DNA of 63,906 nt, the filler included, from Octopus bimaculoides (lineage: Eukaryota): assembly GCF_001194135.2 (NCBI RefSeq). It is 7 parts of 7 records of this genome, joined end to end, with 100 filler letters (N's around TTAATTAATTAA, not from the genome) between each part and the next. Parts side by side here need not be neighbours in the genome. Positions count along the whole stretch, not along the records: positions 37,183 to 51,053 come from NC_068982.1; 6 more parts are not named here. The stretch is one strand, 5' to 3'. Every line of letters begins with the position of its first letter. Within the stretch, counting starts at the first letter, position 1. The translations under genes and the position numbers were made by a program. The notes under the pieces are model-generated. The model saw only the letters and a list, made by a program, of their open reading frames with translations, ran no database searches and had not been told where the DNA came from. Below are positions 38,680 through 51,053 of the stretch, piece by piece.

Positions 38680-38841
38680 GGACTCCATAAGCTCCTAAAA
38701 GTCTCATCGCAAGATAATATCAGCCACCTGGAAACGCAGCTGTTTGTACAACTACCATGGTTGATCTCAGTGTTACCAAAATATATTGACAGTTGGATTT
38801 TTCTGTGTCAACTCTCAAATGTCACTTCCAGTATTTACTGA
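38680..38841 (+). CDS. Candidate exon GLHKLLKVSSQDNISHLETQLFVQLPW..IY*
   Basis: Acceptor TATTTCCATCTACAG|; only phase 0 open (53 codons to TGA). Confidence 0.3.
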   Translation, partial: GLHKLLKVSSQDNISHLETQLFVQLPWLISVLPKYIDSWIFLCQLSNVTSSIY

Positions 38842-41289
38842 GGTGCATTTTTCACTGTAAAGAGTCTCATTATTACTCGAAGGATTTGATTTTCACTTCT
38901 CTTGTTCTAATTGCATTCTATTTTTCTTACTTGTTGTTTGTGGCTATTCAATTTTGCCTTCCATCTACGCAGTTCCTTTCTCCCATTGCATCCCTACAAT
39001 GTATTTTCTACATTTCTCTATGTTAGCAAATGTTGTAATATTTAAGACAGCAAAGTATACTTCATCTTCTTCACAAATTTTCCTACTTGAAAAAAAAAAT
39101 GATTTTAGCTTTACAAATATTAACCTCTATTTCTTGTTTTATGTTTCTGCTTATTGTTTTTTTTTTTATCTGTTCGGTGTAAATTATACATGTTATTAAT
39201 TGAATTATTGGAAATTGAATTCCATATCGTTCATAAAGAATGAAAATATTCCCTGCTTGACATGTTGTTTTTATAAATGTACTTGGAATTAGGAATTTCC
39301 TTTAAATATTCTTTCAACACGCACATAATTATAGATACGATATACCGATAAACATAAATACACACACAAACACACACGTATACACATACATTTATATATA
39401 TATATATATATATATNNNNNNNNNNNNNNNNNNNNNNNNNNNNNNNNNNNNNNNNNNNNNNNNNNNNNNNNNNNNNNNNNNNNNNNNNNNNNNNNNNNNN
39501 NNNNNNNNNNNNNNNNNNNNNNNNNNNNNNNNNNNNNNNNNNNNNNNNNNNNNNNNNNNNNNNNNNNNNNNNNNNNNNNNNNNNNNNNNNNNNNNNNNNN
39601 NNNNNNNNNNNNNNNNNNNNNNNNNNNNNNNNNNNNNNNNNNNNNNNNNNNNNNNNNNNNNNNNNNNNNNNNNNNNNNNNNNNNNNNNNNNNNNNNNNNN
39701 NNNNNNNNNNNNNNNNNNNNNNNNNNNNNNNNNNNNNNNNNNNNNNNNNNNNNNNNNNNNNNNNNNNNNNNNNNNNNNNNNNNNNNNNNATATATATATA
39801 TATATATAGATAGATATATAGATATAGATACATACACATATATATATGGATATATACATGGATACATATATATATATGTGTGTATATGTGTGCGCACGCT
39901 CGTGTGCATGTTTGTATGCATACATACGCGTACGCATATAAAATACATACACACACGCATATATATATGACTTTTTTAATTCTGTAGATTTTAATGTTTA
40001 TCATATATTATAAAGTATTTAATGCGTCCATGTTTTAATATCCCTCTCAATAGATTTGTTTTTCTTGATGTATTTTATCTTTGGTTATAGGTAATTACAT
40101 TAGGAAATGTGACTGATGTAGTATATATGATAGACATTAAATATTTAAGATATTAGAAATGCGTTATTACTGTGGACTATTCTATGTTACGCCTGGTAAA
40201 TGTGTGACAGATATGGAACAAGTAAGTGATGCGCAATATATGAGAGATGCGGAGCGCGTGATATAGGATTTATGACGGCCTGATATGTATGATTGTTGTG
40301 ACAGAACTTCGAATTGTGCGTGTATTTAGGTCTGTGCCAGTGTGTTATTCTATAGAGAAATATATGAATGGTATGGAACGTGTAATAATTGTGTAATGTA
40401 TCAATAATGTGGAATATATGAAGGACGTTGAATGAGTGATATTGAGTGTATTATTGATGTGATGTATCGTTGCTGTGGATGGAGGTACTGTGCATGTGCT
40501 AAAATAAGTCAGTGATGTGCAGTTTGCATGTGCTAATGTATGTTACAATAGAGTTGTGTAGGTGAATGTTGCAAGGTATATGAGGGGAGGTGTGGATTAT
40601 GAGGGGTTGTGGGAATACGTTTCCGTGGAATTATGCGAAATTTGTGCAATGTGAGCGTTTTGCGATGCGTCATTGAAGTATGTGAGTGTTAGGAATGTAT
40701 CAAAGATATGCAAACTTGTAACTGATATAGAATATGTGAATTCAACATCTGTAAATACTGTAGAATATATGTCCTGTTGAGGTACTCTATGTATTGCTGC
40801 AACGTGTGAGTGACGAAAATGAATGAATGCCGTTGCTTTAGTTATATGTTCTTAAATAAGTATATGTGCTTATATGAGCTTTGCTGCGACATTTGGAATA
40901 GCGACGTTATCATATGGTACTCCAAACTCAGACACACACACAGCACACACGCACTAATGTGTTTCTTTACTAACAACTCACATAGTGTCTTCTTTCATGC
41001 TGCTATGTATGACTGATTACATTATGTTATATATTGAGGTGATCATATATTTTGTAGTTGAATATGAAATATGTCGATAAGATAATAATCCACGAAATTC
41101 TTCAGTAGCATTATACGCTGTAGAACTAATGGTAATCTTAAGATGAACAATGAGGGGTGCATTAGTTGAAGCTGACGTACATAAGTCCCATGTCGGACAA
41201 ATCATATCAACTTGTCTGCAAAGCAGTTTCAACATTTAGCATTTTGGCATTATGAATCTAGAACTACAATATCCTAAATGTGGCTGACC

Positions 41290-41497
41290 CATCTCGCTCA
41301 TCGCTAGCCACTACACATTATTTTCTCTTTTTATTTTCTCTCCTTGTTTCTTTCTGTGATCCTTTCTGTGGAAGAGCATATGCTGAAAACGTTAAAGACT
41401 TTTTCACTTCCTGAGCGTTAAACTAATACATCTGTTTGTTGTCTATACCACCTGTCTTCGTCTGTTGTTTTTTGTTTCTTTTTTTTTTAATTCTCCC

Positions 41498-41500
<3 letters not shown>
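41290..41500 (+). mobile_element. Short non-coding HHR-bearing repeat, CUGU-core family
   Basis: CTTT-CTGTGGA-A-GAGC(ATAT)GCTG-AAAA-CG-TT-AAAG at 41362-41397; body aligns with the reverse complement of 59755-59900; ends in (TA)n. Confidence 0.65.
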
Positions 41501-41530
<30 letters not shown>

Positions 41531-41709
41531 NNNNNNNNNNNNNNNNNNNNNNNNNNNNNNNNNNNNNNNNNNNNNNNNNNNNNNNNNNNNNNNNNNNNNN
41601 NNNNNNNNNNNNNNNNNNNNNNNNNNNNNNNNNNNNNNNNNNNNNNNNNNNNNNNNNNNNNNNNNNNNNNNNNNNNNNNNNNNNNNNNNNNNNNNNNNNN
41701 NNNNNNNNN

Positions 41710-41766
<57 letters not shown>

Positions 41767-41767
41767 T

Positions 41768-41808
<41 letters not shown>

Positions 41809-42731
41809 AATATGTCAGTGTGTGTCTATCCACATTCTAAGCAATAGGTTTAAATGCTTTCTTAATATGTATCGCAGAAATATCAGTCGTTATTATTTTC
41901 ATTTTGTGACCATAAGAGACCTACGTATATATTTCGTCTAGTATGTCAAGTATATTGAAACGGAATTACTTGGAATAGAGCAAAAATGAAAATGTCTAGA
42001 ACAATAACATTTACAATAATGAATGGCGCCTCTAAGCAGTCGCATTTTGGAGAATATTTGGTTGCTAGAAATAATAGTCAATTCTTTCTGTTACGCACTA
42101 CAGATTTTAAAATGGATTGGTACAATGAATAATGCGTTTCAAGTTAGTATGTGTCGGAAATGAAAATAGAATATACATGGTTAGAAAGATTTGTATCATG
42201 CAGAACGAATGCTGTCCTAAGAAGTACCACAAAATAATAGCAATGACAATTACAACCACAAGCAACTGTCCAAAACAGATTGCTTCTGTGTGATCAGACG
42301 CCGTTCTAGGAGCTGCTAAATCACACTGAATTACAGTCTGTCATCTTGAAGAGAGAAAGGTCAGTTTATAGTGTAGTCCTGAAAATATGACGTGGTAGCA
42401 TGGTAGTATAACATCTGATCATAAATCTAAGGCTGCCGCGTGGTTGCACAATAACTAGAAATGTCTATAGAAACAGTTCTATTATTTCCCACTTTAAATC
42501 CCATGTATCTCCTTATTACTGTGACCTTTAGGATTTTCTCTAATTCTAAATTAAGTTACCATGTAATAAAGTCTACTGGCTTATAGTTCGCTTTTAATAT
42601 GTCTGCAATTCTTTCAGTTCCACAATTCCAATGGAGCCAGTATTTGTCTGAAGATGTTTCGCATCAGATATTTTTCACGTAATTTCAAATGAAGAATTTA
42701 TTTTCAGCGGATTTTATTTCATATAAACACA

Positions 42732-42791
<60 letters not shown>

Positions 42792-42873
42792 TCCATACAT
42801 AAACACACATATCTATCTATCTATATCTATATATCTATATCTATATATCTATACATATATATATGTGTGAATG

Positions 42874-42938
<65 letters not shown>

Positions 42939-44064
42939 TGTAATCATACAAGTCATTTTGTACTCCTCTTCCTGTTTTCGTCCCCATAAACACAATGGAA
43001 GAGTAGTTTTATATATACATATATATACATATGTATGTATGTATGTATGTATATACATACATACATGCGAACACCAAAATGAAGGACACCGAAGGAAGAA
43101 GAGGTCGAGTAATATATCGCATGAAACGAAGAGAGAGACAGAGAGAGACAGAGAACGAGAGAGAAAGAAAGAGATTATAGCAAAGAGAATGAGAGATACA
43201 TATAGATGAAAAAAAGCAAAAAGCCAGACACACACTCACCCAATAACTGAAAAAAAAGATTAAAGAACGGGAGGAGAGCGTTCGAGCGATCTACTCGTGG
43301 AATGTATACTCACACACATATGTATATATATATATGTATATAAACGCATTAGGTATAAATATGTGTGCGTATAACATATACATACATATATATGTATGTA
43401 TATATATATATATATANNNNNNNNNNNNNNNNNNNNNNNNNNNNNNNNNNNNNNNNNNNNNNNNNNNNNNNNNNNNNNNNNNNNNNNNNNNNNNNNNNNN
43501 NNNNNNNNNNNNNNNNNNNNNNNNNNNNNNNNNNNNNNNNNNNNNNNNNNNNNNNNNNNNNNNNNNNNNNNNNNNNNNNNNNNNNNNNNNNNNNNNNNNN
43601 NNNNNNNNNNNNNNNNNNNNNNNNNNNNNNNNNNNNNNNNNNNNNNNNNNNNNNNNNNNNNNNNNNNNNNNNNNNNNNNNNNNNNNNNNNNNNNNNNNNN
43701 NNNNNNNNNNNNNNNNNNNNNNNNNNNNNNNNNNNNNNNNNNNNNNNNNNNNNNNNNNNNNNNNNNNNNNNNNNNNNNNNNNNNNNNNNNNNNNNNNNNN
43801 NNNNNNNNNNNNNNNNNNNNNNNNNNNNNNNNNNNNNNNNNNNNNNNNNNNNNNNNNNNNNNNNNNNNNNNNNNNNNNNNNNNNNNNNNNNNNNNNNNNN
43901 NNNNNNNNNNNNNNNNNNNNNNNNNNNNNNNNNNNNNNNNNNNNNNNNNNNNNNNNNNNNNNNNNNNNNNNNNNNNNNNNNNNNNNNNNNNNNNNNNNNN
44001 NNNNNNNNNNNNNNNNNNNNNNNNNNNNNNNNNNNNNNNNNNNNNNNNNNNNNNNNNNNNNNNN

Positions 44065-44101
<37 letters not shown>

Positions 44102-44134
44102 CGTTAATTCTTATTCGTATGTGCCTTTGTGTGC

Positions 44135-44321
44135 GCCTTTGTTCCCCACGTCCATCACTTGGCAACAGATGTTGGTATATTTACATTCCAGTAAAAGAAA
44201 CCGATAGAATATGTACCAGGCTTACAAAGAATAAGTCTTGGGGTCTATTTCTCTGACTAAAAGACGGTACTCCAGTATGGCCGCAGTTAAATTACTAAAA
44301 CAAGTAACGGAATAAAAGAAT
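44135..44321 (+). mobile_element. SINE family A 3' half
   Basis: GAAACCGATAGAATA..CAAAGAATAAGTC..CCAGTATGGCCGCAG. Confidence 0.8.
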
Positions 44322-44329
44322 ATATATAT

Positions 44330-44612
44330 ATAGTCAATTTAAACATGAACAAGCATGAGAAAACACGAAAAAACAACGCGAGGACGTGGGATAAGTACAG
44401 TGTTATTGGACGCTCAGGAAAGGAAAGAAAAGAAAGAGGGTTTAACGTTTCGATCGGATATCTTCGTCAGAAATATAGGAAAAAGTCCAAAGAAGGGAAG
44501 ACAGAGAAAGAAAATCGCCAACGATGCACACGCGGTCACATACTGGAATGACCAGAAGGGAAAGGGTGGAGAAAACGTTCTTTTCATAGAAAGGAGAGTG
44601 CAAGAGAAGGAG
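44330..44612 (-). mobile_element. Short non-coding HHR-bearing repeat (solo pLTR/retrozyme-like)
   Basis: About 280 bp between a (CA)n tract (5') and (TA)n (3') on the minus strand; related to 33120-33395. Confidence 0.7.
44441..44473 (-). ncRNA. Intact minimal hammerhead motif (dimer type)
   Basis: TTT-CTGACGA-A-GAT(ATCCG)ATC-GAAA-CG-TT-AAA; loopless palindromic stem III ACGT; GUU triplet. Confidence 0.75.
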
Positions 44613-44658
<46 letters not shown>

Positions 44659-44829
44659 GTGTGTGTTTGTGTGTGTGTATGTGTGTTCATATACATCTAT
44701 ACACATAGTAAATTGTATAACAGTGTTTATTATACTGTTACAGACATAAAGAAAGTAAGAGAAGTATGAAATAGGACGAGGCCGAGATCTCGTGGTTGGT
44801 GAAGACACTTTTTAACTATTCGATCATAC

Positions 44830-44867
<38 letters not shown>

Positions 44868-46389
44868 AATATATAGATATAGATAGATAGATACACAGAC
44901 AGACAGAGAGACAGATAGCTAGATAGATAGATAAATCGATAAATAGATCTTAATATTGTGGAGGCGGTGTCTGTGTGCATGTCTGTGTGTGTACATACAC
45001 ATCTACATACATAGTATATTACTATATAACAATGTGTATTATGCTGTTAGAGACATAAAGAGACTATGCAGAATAATAAAGAGACATAAAGAGAAATATG
45101 AAGAATGATATTGAAAGTAATAGATGAGTGAAAGACCGAGAGAGTNNNNNNNNNNNNNNNNNNNNNNNNNNNNNNNNNNNNNNNNNNNNNNNNNNNNNNN
45201 NNNNNNNNNNNNNNNNNNNNNNNNNNNNNNNNNNNNNNNNNNNNNNNNNNNNNNNNNNNNNNNNNNNNNNNNNNNNNNNNNNNNNNNNNNNNNNNNNNNN
45301 NNNNNNNNNNNNNNNNNNNNNNNNNNNNNNNNNNNNNNNNNNNNNNNNNNNNNNNNNNNNNNNNNNNNNNNNNNNNNNNNNNNNNNNNNNATATATATAT
45401 ATATAAGAATATATGTATATCTCCATCTATCAAGTACTCTCACAGAAAGGCACACAGAAGATAGAGTGTAAGAGGGAGAGAGAGAGAGGGGGGTGAGGTA
45501 GGTAGAAAGACAAGGACTGGGGGAAAGAGAGAGAAAGAGAGTGAGAGAGAGATGGTGACTTTATCTCATAAACATTTGACATATCTGAGAAAAACACTTC
45601 AAATGGCTACTTATACAGAGTCAAGAATCTTACAACATTTTTGTCTATTTTGGTGAAATGCCACGTTCCTATTGCTAGTGGATTTGGAGCAGTTCATAAA
45701 CAATCAGTAGTCAGTCTAATCCTTCGCATTTGTTTACTTTTCTACTAAAGACAATGATAACAGACTATCCTTGCCACTAGGTTTCAAATCAAATCTGCGC
45801 ACCAACAAAACGGAAATTCTCATCTCCGCTAATTGTAATATGTATGGCGTCACTATTATAATTAAATAAAAGATCTGGCTAAAATATTCATTTTTAATTA
45901 ATTCGAATCAGGAGCGTGTGAAGAAGGTATATTGTTAATGACATGTTTATGTTATACTGAAACGATGACATGATTTTATGTTGATATTCAGTATCGTAGT
46001 TCACAGACTTTGTTCATACAGCACACTCATACCATTTCTGAAAACCATCGTTAATCGTACCTGGGTTTATATAATACACCACGTGTGTAAGAAAAGTCAC
46101 TTGATCAAAGACCACTTGACAAAAGGCGTTCAATTAATATACAATCCGTATTTTCAAGTTATGGAGAACTACATTGTCCTATATATCTTCTTTTCTACAG
46201 ATCTTAAATGCGTGATTTCAGACAGAATTAGCTGCTATTTCTCGTAGACAGGTGGCCACAATAATGTCTCCTTTAGTCTTAAAACATAAGTTTTTTAGGT
46301 GCCAATAAATCACTTCTACATGGTGACAATCCAAAGCGTGTTTACTCTACTGTTTAAACAAGAAAGAATACATAAGTAATGTAGTCTTG

Positions 46390-46600
46390 GACATGATTTC
46401 GTTGGGGTTCCGAGTGTTTATTGAGCGAAAACACCTAAGCTCCACGAGGCTCCGGAAGCGGGGTGGCGACCCCTGTTGTACTCTTTCGCCCCAACTTTTT
46501 CTCACTCTTTCTTCCTGTTTCTTGAGTAACGCTGCGATGGACTGGCGTCCCGTCCAGCTAGAGGGAACACATACGCCATAGAAACCGGGAAACCAGGCCC
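46390..46600 (+). mobile_element. SINE family E variant, partial
   Basis: GAGTGTTTATTGAGCGAAAACACCTAAGCTCCACGAGGCTCC shared with 56389-56745. Confidence 0.8.
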
Positions 46601-46689
46601 ATGAGAGGGCGACGTTTATCGTTTAATTTTAAAGCAAGTTCAAGAACAACTAATCGAAATTTGAAAGGATTTTATTATTAATATTAGAG

Positions 46690-47060
46690 ATATACCAGTT
46701 ACGCACTGCGGTCGATGTAATCGACTTGATCCCTTCCCCCAAATTTGTGCTTCCAGTAGAGAGTATTAGTAATATTATATATAAGGCAGCGAGCTAGCAC
46801 AATCCTTAGGTCGCGGGGCAAAAGGCTTAGCGGTATTTCGTCCGTATTTACGTTCTGAGTTCAAACTACATCGAGGTTGACATTCCCTTTCATACTTTCA
46901 GGTTCGTTAGCATAAGTTCCACTGAAACACTAGGGTCGGTGTAATCGACTAGTCTCCTCACCCCAAATTCCAGGCACTGTCACTATTATATATAAGGTGC
47001 CGAGCTGGCAAAATCGCTAGTACTCCGGCCGAAATGCTTAGTGATATGTCGTCTGCGAAA
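46690..47060 (+). mobile_element. SINE family B copies
   Basis: GGCAGCGAGCTAGCA head, CTGAGTTCAAA B box, core and tail. Confidence 0.75.
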
Positions 47061-48939
47061 TACCGACTAGTTACGTTCTTGTATATCAAAAGTGTTAATT
47101 ACACCTTAAACCAACGAGATAAATATAAATGAATATCTACTCTTTATTCACCCGAAACAATTCGAATAAAGACACAGATTTAATAGAATATAGGTATAAA
47201 AGACGTTTCTATGCACGTTGCAAGAACACAGTCTGAGATTTCCAATTTAAGAGATGGAAACGAAGGCACTTCACGAGACGTTAACATAGCCAGGAGGGAG
47301 ACTATCAAACAACTTACGGATTTCAAGTGAGACATCCTTTCATCGTAGTTTTCAATATCAAGTACCAAAAGGTGGAAGTCATCAGAGTATGAATGTATGG
47401 TAGAAATACATAAACCTAAGCCAGAGTGGTAGGCAAAGCAGGCAGAGATAAATCATTAAATTGATGTGATTGTCGACAAAGGTTTTCTTCACTTTTGAAC
47501 CCTTCCAGTTGTGAAGGTGTTGTTTGTTAGTTCAAGATCAGTGTTTGTGTTACTTTAACTATTATGACGTAAGGTTTGCGAGAGACACCTATGGAGAGAT
47601 GGGAAGAAAAACATTTTTGGTAACATCGAAGCTCACTCAAGAACGCACATTTTAAGGGTGTTGGAAGGGATATCATCAAATCCAGTACTTTCTTGGTTTT
47701 AAATACATGATTTGAGAGACGCTTATGCATGAAGAGAATATGAAAGGAATGTGAAACAGGATATGAAGTAATGAGCAGAAGTAGGGCTGTTTACGGCAAG
47801 TTGGTGATCAACCCAACCAAAACACCCTTCGTTGGAGGGTAAATCACATGTGAAATGGAGGACTCCCCCACTCCGTAAATAGTACTTGGCAAAGATCTTG
47901 GATTGGTAAAGGGTGAGAAATTCTATGCAGCCGCTTGGAAGATAGATAAACGAATAGATACATACATAGATTCATACTTAGATACACAGATAGATTAGAC
48001 AGATATATAGATAGGGAGAGAGAGAGAGAGAGAGCGAGAGAGAAATGGGAAGGAATAGACATGGTGGTGATATTCATTGAAGGAGTCTGGAAGAGAAATA
48101 TGATTTATTGTTCTGGCATATAGAGTAGATAAAGATTTCTTGAATTTGTTTTCGGTTCTGCATTAATATAGCTAAATTAATTTGTAACCTAATTTTTAGA
48201 TTAAAACGATTGATATTTGCTTTAAGACGAATTATTAAACTCACAGCTACGAAACCAGTCATTCAGTAAACGATTAACTCGAACAAATAGCTTGAGAAAA
48301 GATGTGTCTGCATTTGTGGCTGTGGATGTATGTGTGTTAGCCAGTATGAGTACGTTATACACGAAAAACTGTATATAATCACACTAGTGTAGCATATGTA
48401 AAGCGCCATAGTAAATAGCTTTCGAGATGAGTTTGTTTATATATCAGCTGTCACTATTTTTATAAATGGCGATAAAATATGATTCACCATAAGAATAATG
48501 AAATTTAGCCAGGATTCTTTTTTCTCCTTTTTTGATCTATCTCCGGAATTACATACTAAGATGTTAAGAAGAAAAAGAGTGTATATTTAACCCCTCTCAG
48601 AGATATTACTTCTTAAAAAGCGAAGCATAAATTCCTACCTAGCCTCATAAATTAGTCAACTATTTATCGTTTATCTTTATCTTTCAAATGCCATGCTATC
48701 TTTTTTTTTATAGTTTATACAGAATCTTATCCAAAGGAAACAGAATTAAAAATGTAGAGTACACTGATAGTGATAAATAATGGCCGGATGATAAATGCTG
48801 TGCAGCAGCTTGGAAGATAGACGAACGGGTATATATACAGAAAGATAGATAGATAGCCTGCACGTGCCATTATTCTTATATTCTTGATCAACTCCTTAAT
48901 CAGCATTGATTTTGAGATGAACAACAACCCTCGTTTTGC

Positions 48940-49960
48940 AGAATTTTTAGATCGCCGCGTAAAATATTTTACATTGTTAAATTACAGTATTTTACGGTCT
49001 GAGTTCAAATCCCACCAACTTCAACCTTGTTTTCATGCCTTCTGAATCGATAAAATGTTGCTCTAGGAACAATGGTATCCAATAACATCTCAAAATTCAA
49101 AATCCCTGCCTTTATTACAGATAAGTATTAATATTATCATTGATTAAAAGGTGGTGAGCTAGCAGAATCATAAACGCGTCGGACAAAATGCTCTGCCACA
49201 TTTCGTCCGGATCTTTACACTATGAGCTCAAATCATGCCTAGATCACCTTTGCTGTTCATTATTCCGGGGTCGATAAAATAAATACCAACGAATCACTTG
49301 GGCTGATGTAATTATTGGACTTGTGCCAAAATTTGAAATCGATATTATTATTGATTAGAAGGAAGTGAGCTAGCAGAATGGTTATCACGTTAGACAAAAT
49401 ATTGTGTTCCATTTCTTCCAGTTTTTTATGTTATCAACTCAAATCGTACCGAGATCAACTTCACATTTTGGGGTTGATGTAACTGACTTGCTACCACCAC
49501 TCAAAATTCCTAGCCTTCTGTCTCAATTAGAAACTATTAATACTATTCTTGCAAAAGCGAAGGTAGCGAACTGGAAGACTTGTTAGCCCGTCTTTATGTT
49601 TGGAGTTCGAATTCAGCCGAAGTCTACTTCACCTTTTTTTTCTTTTCGGGATCGATAAAATAAATACTAGTCGAGCACTGGGGTCGATGTAATCGACTAA
49701 AAATCTTTTCCGAAATTACTGGCCTCGTGCCAAAATTTAAAACGAATATTATTGCAAAGGTGAGCTGGCAGATTCGTTAATGCGCTGAAGAGAACGCGTA
49801 GCAGCATTTCTCCCGGCTCTTTACACTCTGAAGTTAAATTCTGCTGAGGATTGCTTTGCTTTTCATGTTTTTGAGTGGATGATTTAAGTACTGGAGTCAA
49901 CGTAATCGATTTATCTTCGTCCCTAAAATGCATGGCCATTTGCTAAAATTTGAAACCATT
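48940..49960 (+). mobile_element. Run of about five degenerate SINE family B copies in the same orientation
   Basis: Repeated GTGAGCTAGCAGAAT heads and GGGGTCGATAAAATAAATAC cores. Confidence 0.7.
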
Positions 49961-50769
49961 ATCCTATCTTATGGGGATGATATCCTTGATATTGTTCAAT
50001 TGTCTTTTGGGTGGGGTGGAATTCATTATATAGAACTGTTTTAATAAAGATGAACGTTTGTGAAAATAGTTGCAGAGAAACAAATCAAGAGAAAGCAGTG
50101 CAAGTCATGATATGGGTGAAAATCTTGTTATATACGCAATGAATAAAAGATTAATCGAGTTTCAGATTGTTACATTATGGAAATCGCATAGACATGTCCG
50201 GATACATTTACTGTTTAGACTTCGGATTGCGTGACTTGTTTCATAATATTTATAGAATATATTTACACCTGTTTATTATCTAGTTCTTCACAATATCACT
50301 TATCCTCACTTCAATGGTGACAGTGATGTAGTGTCATATATAATATACACTGTTTCCTTTGAATTTATTTAGAATGTACGCAGTCCCTTTTCAACGTTCT
50401 TCACAATCACAAATATACACGCAAACATACATACATAGATGTCCGCACAACACACATATAATCATACATATAGATGTATGTACAAGAATAATTGCCACTA
50501 TACGTAGATAAATGGATGTGTTCACGTATGTATGTATACAAACATATATGTGTATATATATATATACGCATATATAAATCTGTATGGATGGATGGAGGTG
50601 ATACACATTAGTACTAAATACACGAGTACTACTCAGAGTCCCATGTTTAAAGCGGATAAGGGTTCGAAGCAAGTTGTATTGACAGTATCCAAGTATATAA
50701 TGTTTTTATATTTTCTGTTTTACATTCTATTGGATGATCTTTTAGTCGAGAGATATACAAATATATAAA

Positions 50770-51000
50770 TACATACAAGGCGGTAGGGTAGCAAAATCAT
50801 TAGCACGCCGGGTGAAATGCTTGGCGGTATTTCGTCTGCTGCAATGTTCTGAGTTCAGACTCTGCTTAGGTCGACTTTGCCTTTCATCCTTTCGGGGTAG
50901 ATAAATTGAGTACCAGTTGCGTACTAGGGTCGACCTAATCGACTATCACCCTCCCCCAAAATTTCAGGCGTTTCAGGCCTTGTACCTATAGTAGAAAGGA
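50770..51000 (+). mobile_element. SINE family B
   Basis: Colinear with 58455-58687. Confidence 0.85.
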
Positions 51001-51016
51001 TTATACATATAGATAG

Positions 51017-51053
<37 letters not shown>

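Noticed and set aside
41058-41200. Acceptor followed by HYT/CRTNG resembling a DSL motif
   Set aside because: Requires a frameshift and has stops; unsupported.
47180-47730. VLDIENYDERM resembling the pre-RT region of PLEs
   Set aside because: Single short motif, no RT signature nearby.
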